NCBI GenBank assembly: GCA_021414165.1
Contig: JAIOPA010000175.1
Location: forward strand, 1 to 24,710
Length of the DNA stretch: 24,710 nucleotides
Reading direction: 5' to 3'
DNA from: Candidatus Eiseniibacteriota bacterium
Lineage (GTDB): Bacteria; Eisenbacteria; RBG-16-71-46
In this document: in pieces, positions 18,162 to 24,710 of the stretch
Position numbering within the stretch: position 1 is the stretch's first letter
Layout of the letters: each line of letters begins with the position of its first letter
Notes under the pieces: generated by a model
What the model was told of the DNA's origin: nothing
Databases searched by the model: none
What the model saw: only the letters and a program-made list of their open reading frames with translations
Made by a program: the position numbers and the translations under genes

Positions 18162-19067
18162 CCTCGCGCGGCGCCGCTGCAGCAGCTCGGCGACCAGGCC
18201 CGGGATCTCGGACGGGATGCGCGCCACCGGCACGCCTGCCGCCTCGAACGCCGCCATCTTCTCGGCCGCCGTACCCGTGCCGCCCGAGATGATCGCACCG
18301 GCGTGGCCCATGCGCTTGCCCGGAGGCGCGGTCTGGCCGGCCACGAACGCGACCACGGGCTTGGAGACGTGGCGCTTGATGAACTGCGCCGCCTGCTCCT
18401 CGGCGTTGCCGCCGATCTCGCCCATGAGCACGATCGCCTCGGTCTTGGGATCGGCCTCGAACAGCGTGAGCGCATCGATGAAGTCGGTGCCGATCACGGG
18501 GTCACCGCCGATGCCGAGACACGTGGTCTGGCCCAGGCCGGCGTCGGTGAGCTGCTTCACGACCTCGTAGGTGAGCGTGCCGCTCTTGCTCACCACGCCG
18601 ATCGGGCCCGGCGTGCAGATGTGACCGGGCAGGATGCCGACCTTGGACTGGCCCGGCGTGATGAGACCGGGGCAGTTGGGGCCGATCAAGCGAGGACGGC
18701 CGAGCGTGTTGTTCGGGCCACGCAGGTTGTTGACCTTGTGCCACGCGGCGAGCGTGTCGCGCACCGGCACGCCCTCGGTGATGCACACGATGAGCGCGAT
18801 GCCGGCATCGGCGGCCTCGTGGATGGCGTCGGCGGCGAAGGGCGCCGGCACGTAGATCACCGAGGCGTTCGCCTTGGTGGCTTCCACAGCCTCGGCGACC
18901 GAGTCGAACACCGGCACGCCGTGGATCTCGGTGCCGCCCTTACCGGGCGTGACACCGCCCACGACCTTGGTGCCGTACGCGATCATCTGCTGCGTGTGGA
19001 ACGCGCCATCGCGGCCGGTGATGCCCTGCACGATCAGACGGGTGTTGCGGTCGATCAGGATGCTCAC
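17931..19067 (-). CDS. sucD: Succinyl-CoA synthetase alpha subunit with histone H1-like C-terminal tail
   Basis: MSILID...[38 protein letters not shown] (phospho-His); GTGA overlap with sucC. Confidence 0.97.
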   Translation of the reverse strand: MSILIDRNTRLIVQGITGRDGAFHTQQMIAYGTKVVGGVTPGKGGTEIHGVPVFDSVAEAVEATKANASVIYVPAPFAADAIHEAADAGIALIVCITEGVPVRDTLAAWHKVNNLRGPNNTLGRPRLIGPNCPGLITPGQSKVGILPGHICTPGPIGVVSKSGTLTYEVVKQLTDAGLGQTTCLGIGGDPVIGTDFIDALTLFEADPKTEAIVLMGEIGGNAEEQAAQFIKRHVSKPVVAFVAGQTAPPGKRMGHAGAIISGGTGTAAEKMAAFEAAGVPVARIPSEIPGLVAELLQRRRARAKGAAKKAPAKAAPAKKAAPAKKAAPKKAAPAKKAAPAKKAAAKPAKKSKPAPKPAKKVAKKASKQPAKAAARNKK

Positions 19068-20203
19068 GCCCCCACCTCCTGCGCCTTCTCGATCACCATG
19101 CGCACGGCTTCATCCATGCTGGTGGTGGCGCTGAGACCAAAGTCATTCAGGATCTGCCGCGCCTTCTCCTCGTTCGTCCCCGTGAGGCGGATGACGAGCG
19201 GCACGGACAGCGGCGACGCGGTGAGCGAGGCCACGATGCCGTTGGCGACGTCGTCGCAGCGCGTGATGCCACCGAAGATGTTGAACAGGATGCCGCGCAC
19301 ATGCGACTCGGTGGTGATGATCTTGAGCGCCGCGGTCACCTTCTCCGGGTTCGACGAGCCGCCGATGTCCAAGAAGTTCGCGGGTTCGCCGCCGTAGTGC
19401 TTGATCACGTCCATGGTGGCCATGGCGAGGCCGGCGCCATTGACGACACAGCCGATGTCGCCATCGAGCTTCACGTACGACAGGCCCTTCTCACGCGCCA
19501 GGCGCGCACCGGGCGTCTCCTCGGCGGGGTCACGCCAGTTGTCCCAGTCCTTGTGGCGGAACTCGGCGTTGTCGTCGAGGACGACCTTGGCATCGAGCGC
19601 GATGACCTTGCCCTCGGGCGTGACGGCCAGCGGATTGATCTCGGCGAGCGAGCAGTCGCCCTCCATGTACACGCGGTAGAGACGCATGAGGATGTCGGCC
19701 GCCTGCGACGCCTGCTTGAAGTCCGGGAACAGCGGCGTCATGAGGTTGCGCGCGTGGTACGAGCGCAGGCCCTCAAGCGGGATGTGGAACTTCACGATCT
19801 TCTCGGGCGCGGTCTTGGCGACCTCTTCGATGTCCACGCCACCCTCGGCGGACAGCATGACGAGCGGCGCCTTCTTCTCACGGTCCATGACGATCGCGCA
19901 GTAGTACTCCTTGGCGATGTCGGCGGCCTGGGCCACGAGCACCTTGTGCACGGGCAGGCCCTTGATGGTGAGCGCCAGGATGTCGCGCGCCTTGTCGTAG
20001 GCCTCGTCGGGGTTGTGCGCGAGCTTCACGCCACCGGCCTTGCCGCGGCCACCGGCCTGCACCTGCGCCTTGATCACCACGGTGCCGCCGAGCGAGGCCG
20101 CGATGTCACGCGCCTCTTCCGGCGTGCCCGCGACCTGACCCGGCAGCACCGGCATGCCGAAGCGCGCGAACAGTTCCTTGCCCTGATATTCGTGGAGGTT
20201 CAT
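19064..20203 (-). CDS. sucC: Succinyl-CoA synthetase beta subunit
   Basis: [64 protein letters not shown]. Start reassigned to ATG 20203 (SD GGGAGA). Confidence 0.97.
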   Translation of the reverse strand: MNLHEYQGKELFARFGMPVLPGQVAGTPEEARDIAASLGGTVVIKAQVQAGGRGKAGGVKLAHNPDEAYDKARDILALTIKGLPVHKVLVAQAADIAKEYYCAIVMDREKKAPLVMLSAEGGVDIEEVAKTAPEKIVKFHIPLEGLRSYHARNLMTPLFPDFKQASQAADILMRLYRVYMEGDCSLAEINPLAVTPEGKVIALDAKVVLDDNAEFRHKDWDNWRDPAEETPGARLAREKGLSYVKLDGDIGCVVNGAGLAMATMDVIKHYGGEPANFLDIGGSSNPEKVTAALKIITTESHVRGILFNIFGGITRCDDVANGIVASLTASPLSVPLVIRLTGTNEEKARQILNDFGLSATTSMDEAVRMVIEKAQEVGA

Positions 20204-20287
20204 CGGATCTCCCAGGGCCGTGACCGGTGCGCAAGGCTGCGCACGATGACGGCGGAGGACATAGGTGGGGGGAGGAAAAGACGGGCA

Positions 20288-20317
20288 AAGGTAATGGACC
20301 CGGGGCGATATGGGCAA
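20288..20317 (-). promoter_or_regulatory. Putative sigma70 promoter for sucCD-ndk
   Basis: TTGCCC (20317-20312) - 18 nt - TACCTT (20293-20288). Confidence 0.45.
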
Positions 20318-20423
20318 ACGGTCCGGAAGGGGCGTTCCGGGGCGGGACGGCGGGCTGCTCCGGGGAATCTGCGCGTTCCGGGCGGCGCTCGGGTGGGCGC
20401 CTCTGGGGTAGCCAAGAATCCCG

Positions 20424-20452
20424 TTCCCTAGGCCCGCCCTGAACGTTAAGCT
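20424..20452 (+). promoter_or_regulatory. Possible sigma70 promoter for the secreted protein
   Basis: TTCCCT - 17 nt - TAAGCT; weak -35. Confidence 0.3.
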
Positions 20453-20518
20453 CTTTTCACCCCCAGTAGCGCCCCGGGCTGCGCTCATGCCCCCGGAACC
20501 CATGACTGGAGCCGCAGC

Positions 20519-21289
20519 ATGCTCAAGGCCGTCCGCTCCACCCTGCTCGCGCTGGGACTGGTGTGCGTTGCCGTCCCCTCGCTCGCCGGCACGATCGTGC
20601 TTGAACCTTGGACGACGCCGTTCCCTCCCAACCTGTGCCTCGAGGACACGCACGCTGCGGTGATCTTCGCGGGGCCGTATTGCGACGGATTCAGTTGCCC
20701 TCCGGGGACCATTCGATTCGGCCCCTGCAACGGCAGCAACAGCACCGAGTTCAGCGTGCTTTCCTCAGAGTCGTTCGGGACGTTCACTCGTTACGTCGAT
20801 CTTCAGGGAGAGACGGTCTCGAGCGGCATCCTGCCATCGGCCCAGCGGATCGACTTCCGACATGGCGACATTCCGGTCTGGCTCTCGGTGCTGGACTATC
20901 AGTGGTCCATCCCGGGTGGCTTCAATCTGCCCGCCCACGGGGTGGATGAACTCCAGTTCGAGGTCCTCGGCACCCCGGGGATCGACCCTCCGATCTCGGT
21001 GACCGTGATCCTCTGGGGGCTGACCGGCCAGCTGACGCTCACTCGGTCCATCACCCAGCCGGGCCTGGTCTCGCTACCACTCGCCGACTTCGAATCGGTG
21101 ACCGGCTACACGGGCACGGATGTGAATGAGGTCTCGGTCGAGTTCAGCAACTGTCCGAATGCCGATTGCACCGGCCTGCCTCCCGCGACCGCAGGCGGCT
21201 TCTCGCTCGGCCCGATCTCGTTCCACAGCACGCTTCCGACGCCGACGAAGCAGCGCTCGTGGTCACAGGTGAAGTCGATCTACCGGTAA
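20519..21289 (+). CDS. Secreted hypothetical protein (beta-rich, 6 Cys in the mature part) with C-terminal SWSQVKSIYR motif
   Basis: SD GGAG; Sec signal MLKAVRSTLLALGLVCVAVPSLA; protein-like composition; no family recognised. Confidence 0.85.
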   Translation: MLKAVRSTLLALGLVCVAVPSLAGTIVLEPWTTPFPPNLCLEDTHAAVIFAGPYCDGFSCPPGTIRFGPCNGSNSTEFSVLSSESFGTFTRYVDLQGETVSSGILPSAQRIDFRHGDIPVWLSVLDYQWSIPGGFNLPAHGVDELQFEVLGTPGIDPPISVTVILWGLTGQLTLTRSITQPGLVSLPLADFESVTGYTGTDVNEVSVEFSNCPNADCTGLPPATAGGFSLGPISFHSTLPTPTKQRSWSQVKSIYR

Positions 21290-21301
21290 CGCGCACCCAA
21301 G

Positions 21302-21340
21302 CGAACGGCCGCCCTCGCACCTCGCGAGAGCGGCCGTTCG
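21302..21340. terminator. Hairpin between convergent genes (probably a bidirectional terminator)
   Basis: cgaacggccgc (21302-21312) / gcggccgttcg (21330-21340) plus inner ctcgc/gcgag stem; short T-run follows on the plus strand. Confidence 0.65.
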
Positions 21341-21355
21341 GCTTTGTGGCTTCGG

Positions 21356-22840
21356 CTAGTTGTTGTCGATCTGCGCGCGCTGGACCTTGCCGCTGAAGTC
21401 GACGTACAGGCTCTTCCACTCGGTGAACGCGTCGAGCATGGTGTGGCCGGCCTCGCGGTGGCCATTGCCCGTGCCGCGCGTGCCGCCGAACGGCAGGTGC
21501 GTCTCGGCGCCCGTGGTGCCGTGGTTCACGTACACGATGCCGGTGGTGAGGTCGCGCATCGCCGTGAACGCGGCGTTCACGTTGCTCGTGAAGATGCTCG
21601 ACGACAGCCCGAACGGCGTCTCGTTGTTGACCGCGATCGCCTCCTCGAGCGACTTCACCTTCACGAAGCCGACCACGGGTCCGAAGATCTCCTCCTGCGC
21701 TACGCGCATCTTGGCCTGCACGCCGGTAAGTACGGTGGGCTGGAAGAAGTGGCCGTTATCGAGCCCGGCGCCCGTGGCGCGCGCGCCGCCGGTGGCGATG
21801 GTGACGCCCTCTTCGGCCGCGACCTTCATGTAGCCCGAGACGCGCTGCATCTGCTTGTCGTTCACGAGCGGGCCCATCTCGACGCCGTCCTTCAGGCCAT
21901 CGCCCAGCTTCAAGGCCTGCGCGCGCTGCACCACGAGCTTCACGAGTTCGTCGTGCACGCGCTCGTGCACGATGACGCGGCTGGTGGCCGTGCAGCGCTG
22001 GCCGGTCGTGCCGAACGCGCCCCACGCGACCGCATTGGCGGCCAGCGAGACGTCGGCGTCATCCATGACGATCACGCCATTCTTGCCGCCCATCTCGAGC
22101 GACACGCGCTTGCCGAGCCGCGCGCCCTCGGTGGCGATCTGCGCGCCGATGGCATTGGAGCCGGTGAACGACACCACATCGACGCCCGGGTGCTGCACCA
22201 TGGGCCAGCCGACGTTCTTGCCGTTGCCATGCACCACGTTGAACACACCGGCCGGAAGACCGACCTCCTCGAACAGCTTGGCGAGGTGATAGCCCATCTC
22301 GGGCGTCTCTTCCGACGGCTTGAACACGACCGTGTTACCGGCGAGCAGCGCCGGGAAGATCTTCCAGGTCGGCACGGCGAACGGGAAGTTCCACGCGGTG
22401 ATCACGCCCACCACGCCGATCGGCACGCGCACGCTCATCGCCCACTTGTTCGGCATCTCGGACGGCGTGGTGACGCCGTACATGCGACGGCCCTCGCCGG
22501 CGGCCAGGTACGCCATGTCGACGCCTTCCTGCACGTCGCCGCGCGTCTCGATGAGGATCTTGCCCATCTCACGCGTCGCCGCCTGAGCGAGCATCTCCTT
22601 CTTCTCGGCGATCAACTGGCCGAGCTTGTAGAGCATCTCGCCACGCTTGGGCGCGGGAGTGAGCTGCCACATGCGCATGGCACCACGCGCAGCCTTGACC
22701 GCGTCATCGAGATCATCGGCGCCCGACTCGGGGAACGTGCCGAGCTTGTCGCCGGTGGCCGGGTTGAGGTTCTCGAACGTCTTGCCCGAACGCGCGGGCA
22801 CCCACTTGCCACCGATGTAGTTCTGGAAGGTCTGGGACAT
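21356..22840 (-). CDS. NAD(P)-dependent aldehyde dehydrogenase family protein (substrate unknown)
   Basis: [31 protein letters not shown] (Glu), GQRCTA (Cys), [20 protein letters not shown]. Start ATG 22840 with SD GGAG. Confidence 0.95.
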   Translation of the reverse strand: MSQTFQNYIGGKWVPARSGKTFENLNPATGDKLGTFPESGADDLDDAVKAARGAMRMWQLTPAPKRGEMLYKLGQLIAEKKEMLAQAATREMGKILIETRGDVQEGVDMAYLAAGEGRRMYGVTTPSEMPNKWAMSVRVPIGVVGVITAWNFPFAVPTWKIFPALLAGNTVVFKPSEETPEMGYHLAKLFEEVGLPAGVFNVVHGNGKNVGWPMVQHPGVDVVSFTGSNAIGAQIATEGARLGKRVSLEMGGKNGVIVMDDADVSLAANAVAWGAFGTTGQRCTATSRVIVHERVHDELVKLVVQRAQALKLGDGLKDGVEMGPLVNDKQMQRVSGYMKVAAEEGVTIATGGARATGAGLDNGHFFQPTVLTGVQAKMRVAQEEIFGPVVGFVKVKSLEEAIAVNNETPFGLSSSIFTSNVNAAFTAMRDLTTGIVYVNHGTTGAETHLPFGGTRGTGNGHREAGHTMLDAFTEWKSLYVDFSGKVQRAQIDNN

Positions 22841-22937
22841 GGCCACTCCGGATCGCAGGTGGTTTCGTCGCGCGAAGGTCGCGCCGCACGCGATGGCCGA
22901 GCCATCCACACACACCCGCTAGAGATAAGGACGGGTC

Positions 22938-22967
22938 AGACTAGGGGGGCGGCGGCGCGGGGCGCAA
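22938..22967 (-). promoter_or_regulatory. Putative sigma70 promoter for the aldehyde dehydrogenase
   Basis: TTGCGC (22967-22962) - 18 nt - TAGTCT (22943-22938). Confidence 0.45.
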
Positions 22968-23060
22968 GCATGGCCGCGGAGGGCGGTCCCAGCGGCTGTT
23001 CCCGCTGTGTGCGGGTGGGCAGTTCGCTCGCCCCGGGGCGATTGGAGGGTGCGGCGGGGC

Positions 23061-23091
23061 TTGACGCGGAGCTTTTCGCAGATGCTAGCGT
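23061..23091 (+). promoter_or_regulatory. Putative promoter for the DUF2442-DUF4160 gene
   Basis: TTGACG at 23061 and extended -10 TG-C-TAGCGT (23083-23091); spacer is long (19 nt). Confidence 0.4.
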
Positions 23092-23131
23092 TCTTGCGTT
23101 AGCGCGGGGTGGTTCGGCAGAGGAGCGTGCG

Positions 23132-23713
23132 ATGTACCACGACGTGACGCAGTTGGAGGTGCTGGAGCCCTATCGGCTCCGCATCACATTCGAGGATGGC
23201 ACCTGCGGTGAGGTCGACGTCCGCGACCGCGTGCCATTCGTGGGCGTGTTCGCGCCGCTCGAGGACCCGCGTGTCTTTGCCCAGGCACGCATCGATCCCG
23301 AACTACGAACCGTGGTCTGGCCGACCGGCGCCGACCTCGCGCCCGATGCGATGTACGAACGGATCAAGGCTGTGCAGACTGGAGATGTCGTCGCGCTCCC
23401 TTCCACTTCCACTTCGCCCCCGACTCGACCCGCCCCCGCGGAGTCCTCGGGGAGGCCGGAGCTCAGTCGCTTCCTGGGCCTCGTGATCTCGATGTACTAC
23501 GACGATCACGAACCACCGCACTTCCACGTTCGCTACGGTGAACACATCGCAGCGATACGGCTGTCACCACTTGGCGCATTGCGTGGCTCCTTGCCGAGGA
23601 GAGCGCTCGCGATCGCACTCGAGTGGGCTGCGCTGCATGAGCGCGAGCTAAAGGACGACTGGGAACGCGCCCGGCGTGGGGAACCACTCGTGGCGATCGC
23701 GCCGCTGGAGTGA
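23132..23713 (+). CDS. DUF2442-like + DUF4160-like fusion protein (193 aa; putative fused toxin-antitoxin)
   Basis: SD GAGGAG, ATG 23132. N-half YRLRITFEDG...GVFAPLED...TVVWPTGADLAPDAMY; P/S/T linker; C-half PELSRFLGLVISMYYDDHEPPHFHVRYG...EWAALHERELKDDWE...IAPLE. Hidden at the end of ORF-track entry 21344..23713. Confidence 0.85.
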   Translation: MYHDVTQLEVLEPYRLRITFEDGTCGEVDVRDRVPFVGVFAPLEDPRVFAQARIDPELRTVVWPTGADLAPDAMYERIKAVQTGDVVALPSTSTSPPTRPAPAESSGRPELSRFLGLVISMYYDDHEPPHFHVRYGEHIAAIRLSPLGALRGSLPRRALAIALEWAALHERELKDDWERARRGEPLVAIAPLE

Positions 23714-23787
23714 GTGCGCAGGCCCTCGAATCGCCCCGGGGCGAGTGAATTTGCCATCTCACTTCGAGCCGCAGAGGGAACGAAGAC

Positions 23788-24270
23788 TCAGACCCCTCGC
23801 CCGGTCTTGATGCGATCGATGATCGTGCTCGTCGACAGGCCCTCGCGGAGCGTGATCGTGGTCACGGTGCCGCCGCGGGACTCGACCACTTCGCGGCCGA
23901 CGATGTCGGCGATGGCGTAGTCGGCACCTTTCACGAGCACGTCGGGCTGCACGGCCTCGATCAAGCGCAGCGGCGTGTCGTCGTCGAACGCGATCACCAG
24001 GTCCACGCACGAGAGCGCGCGCAGCAGGCCGGCGCGGTCCTCGAGGGCGACGACCGGGCGCGACGGACCTTTCAGCCGGCGCACGCTGGCGTCGGTGTTG
24101 ATGCCGACCACCAGGCGGTCGCCGAGTGCGCGGGCTTCCTCCAGGTACTCGGCGTGGCCGCGGTGCATGAGGTCGTAGACACCGTTCGTGAACACGATGC
24201 GGGCGTCACTGGCGCGCCAGATCGCGAGCTTGCTGGCGGCCTCGGCGGGTAGCACGAACGTCTCGCTCAC
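23788..24270 (-). CDS. rfaE2: D-glycero-beta-D-manno-heptose 1-phosphate adenylyltransferase (RfaE domain II)
   Basis: FTNGVYDLMHRGH, GDRLVVGINTDASVRRLKGPSRP, PDVLVKGADY, GLSTSTIIDRI; GTGA overlap with the upstream gene. Confidence 0.93.
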   Translation of the reverse strand: MSETFVLPAEAASKLAIWRASDARIVFTNGVYDLMHRGHAEYLEEARALGDRLVVGINTDASVRRLKGPSRPVVALEDRAGLLRALSCVDLVIAFDDDTPLRLIEAVQPDVLVKGADYAIADIVGREVVESRGGTVTTITLREGLSTSTIIDRIKTGRGV

Positions 24271-24710
24271 GCGAGCGTGCCCGCGAGTGACGACTTGAGC
24301 TGTGCAGGCGAGCACGTGGCGGTACCGACCTCTCGAATGACCACACCGGCGGCATGGTTCGCGAGGTAGCAGGCCTCGGGATAATCGGCGCCCGCGGCCA
24401 ACGCGAGCGCGACCACACTCACGACCGTGTCACCGGCGCCGGTCACGTCGTAGACCTCGCGTGCGACGGTGGGCAGGTGCGTGTAGTGGCCGGACTTTTC
24501 AAATAGGCTCATGCCGTCGGGGCCGCGGGTCACGAGCGCGCACTCGGCATCGAGGCGCTTCTGCAGGCCCCAGCCCACGCTCATGAGCGAGGCGTCGTCC
24601 TTGATGCGCTGCGCCATCATGTTGCCGGCCTCGTACTGGTTCGGCGTCAAGATGCTCACGCCGACATAGGCATCGAGGTGGCTCTCCTTGGGGTCGACGC
24701 AGATCGGGAT
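24267..24710 (-). CDS. rfaE1: D-glycero-beta-D-manno-heptose-7-phosphate kinase (RfaE domain I), partial (5' end off the right edge)
   Basis: VDPKE...Y...SILTPNQYEA, LVTRGPDGMSL, AREVYDVTGAGDTVV, LANHAAGVVIREVGTAT. Confidence 0.92.
   Translation of the reverse strand: MPICVDPKESHLDAYVGVSILTPNQYEAGNMMAQRIKDDASLMSVGWGLQKRLDAECALVTRGPDGMSLFEKSGHYTHLPTVAREVYDVTGAGDTVVSVVALALAAGADYPEACYLANHAAGVVIREVGTATCSPAQLKSSLAGTLA

Noticed and set aside
20283-20318. Direct repeat gggcaaa (20283-20289, 20312-20318) as a transcription-factor site upstream of sucC
   Set aside because: Only 7 bp, and one copy is simply the putative -35 element; no further support.
21344-23131. N-terminal ~596 aa of the 789-aa plus-strand ORF 21344..23713
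   Set aside because: Antisense to the aldehyde dehydrogenase; only the part from ATG 23132 (with its own SD and promoter-like signals) looks like a real protein.

Overview
Very GC-rich (roughly 70% by eye, not computed) window from a diderm bacterium; it carries ADP-heptose (LPS core) biosynthesis genes. About 20 kb is one minus-strand housekeeping run: sucC-sucD-ndk, yceD(DUF177)-rpmF-plsX-fabH-fabD-fabG-acpP-fabF-rnc-TPR protein, ECF sigma / ZAS anti-sigma / HtrA-like, then aroB-aroQ-accB-pilT-like-accC (accC truncated at the left edge). The right end holds a divergent secreted protein, an aldehyde dehydrogenase, a small plus-strand DUF2442+DUF4160 gene and rfaE2/rfaE1 (rfaE1 truncated). 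No tRNA, rRNA, CRISPR array, integrase or transposase was seen. The unusual signals are mostly add-ons to familiar genes: (1) RNase III with a probable N-terminal amphipathic helix and a ~345-aa RNase E-like disordered tail; (2) SucD with a 76-aa histone H1-like Lys/Ala/Pro tail, and AccB with a similar N-terminal extension; (3) an HtrA homolog whose catalytic His and Asp positions read Ser and Asn, encoded behind an anti-sigma that ends in a PDZ-ligand-like C-terminus; (4) a reversed-order, single-chain DUF2442-DUF4160 fusion with a vestigial internal start; (5) a secreted protein ending in a putative sorting motif (SWSQVKSIYR); (6) a PilT/PilU ATPase splitting accB from accC. A lineage such as Ca. 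Eisenbacteria or a related FCB-adjacent candidate phylum is my guess and is unverified. All family assignments come from motif recognition; no searches were run.
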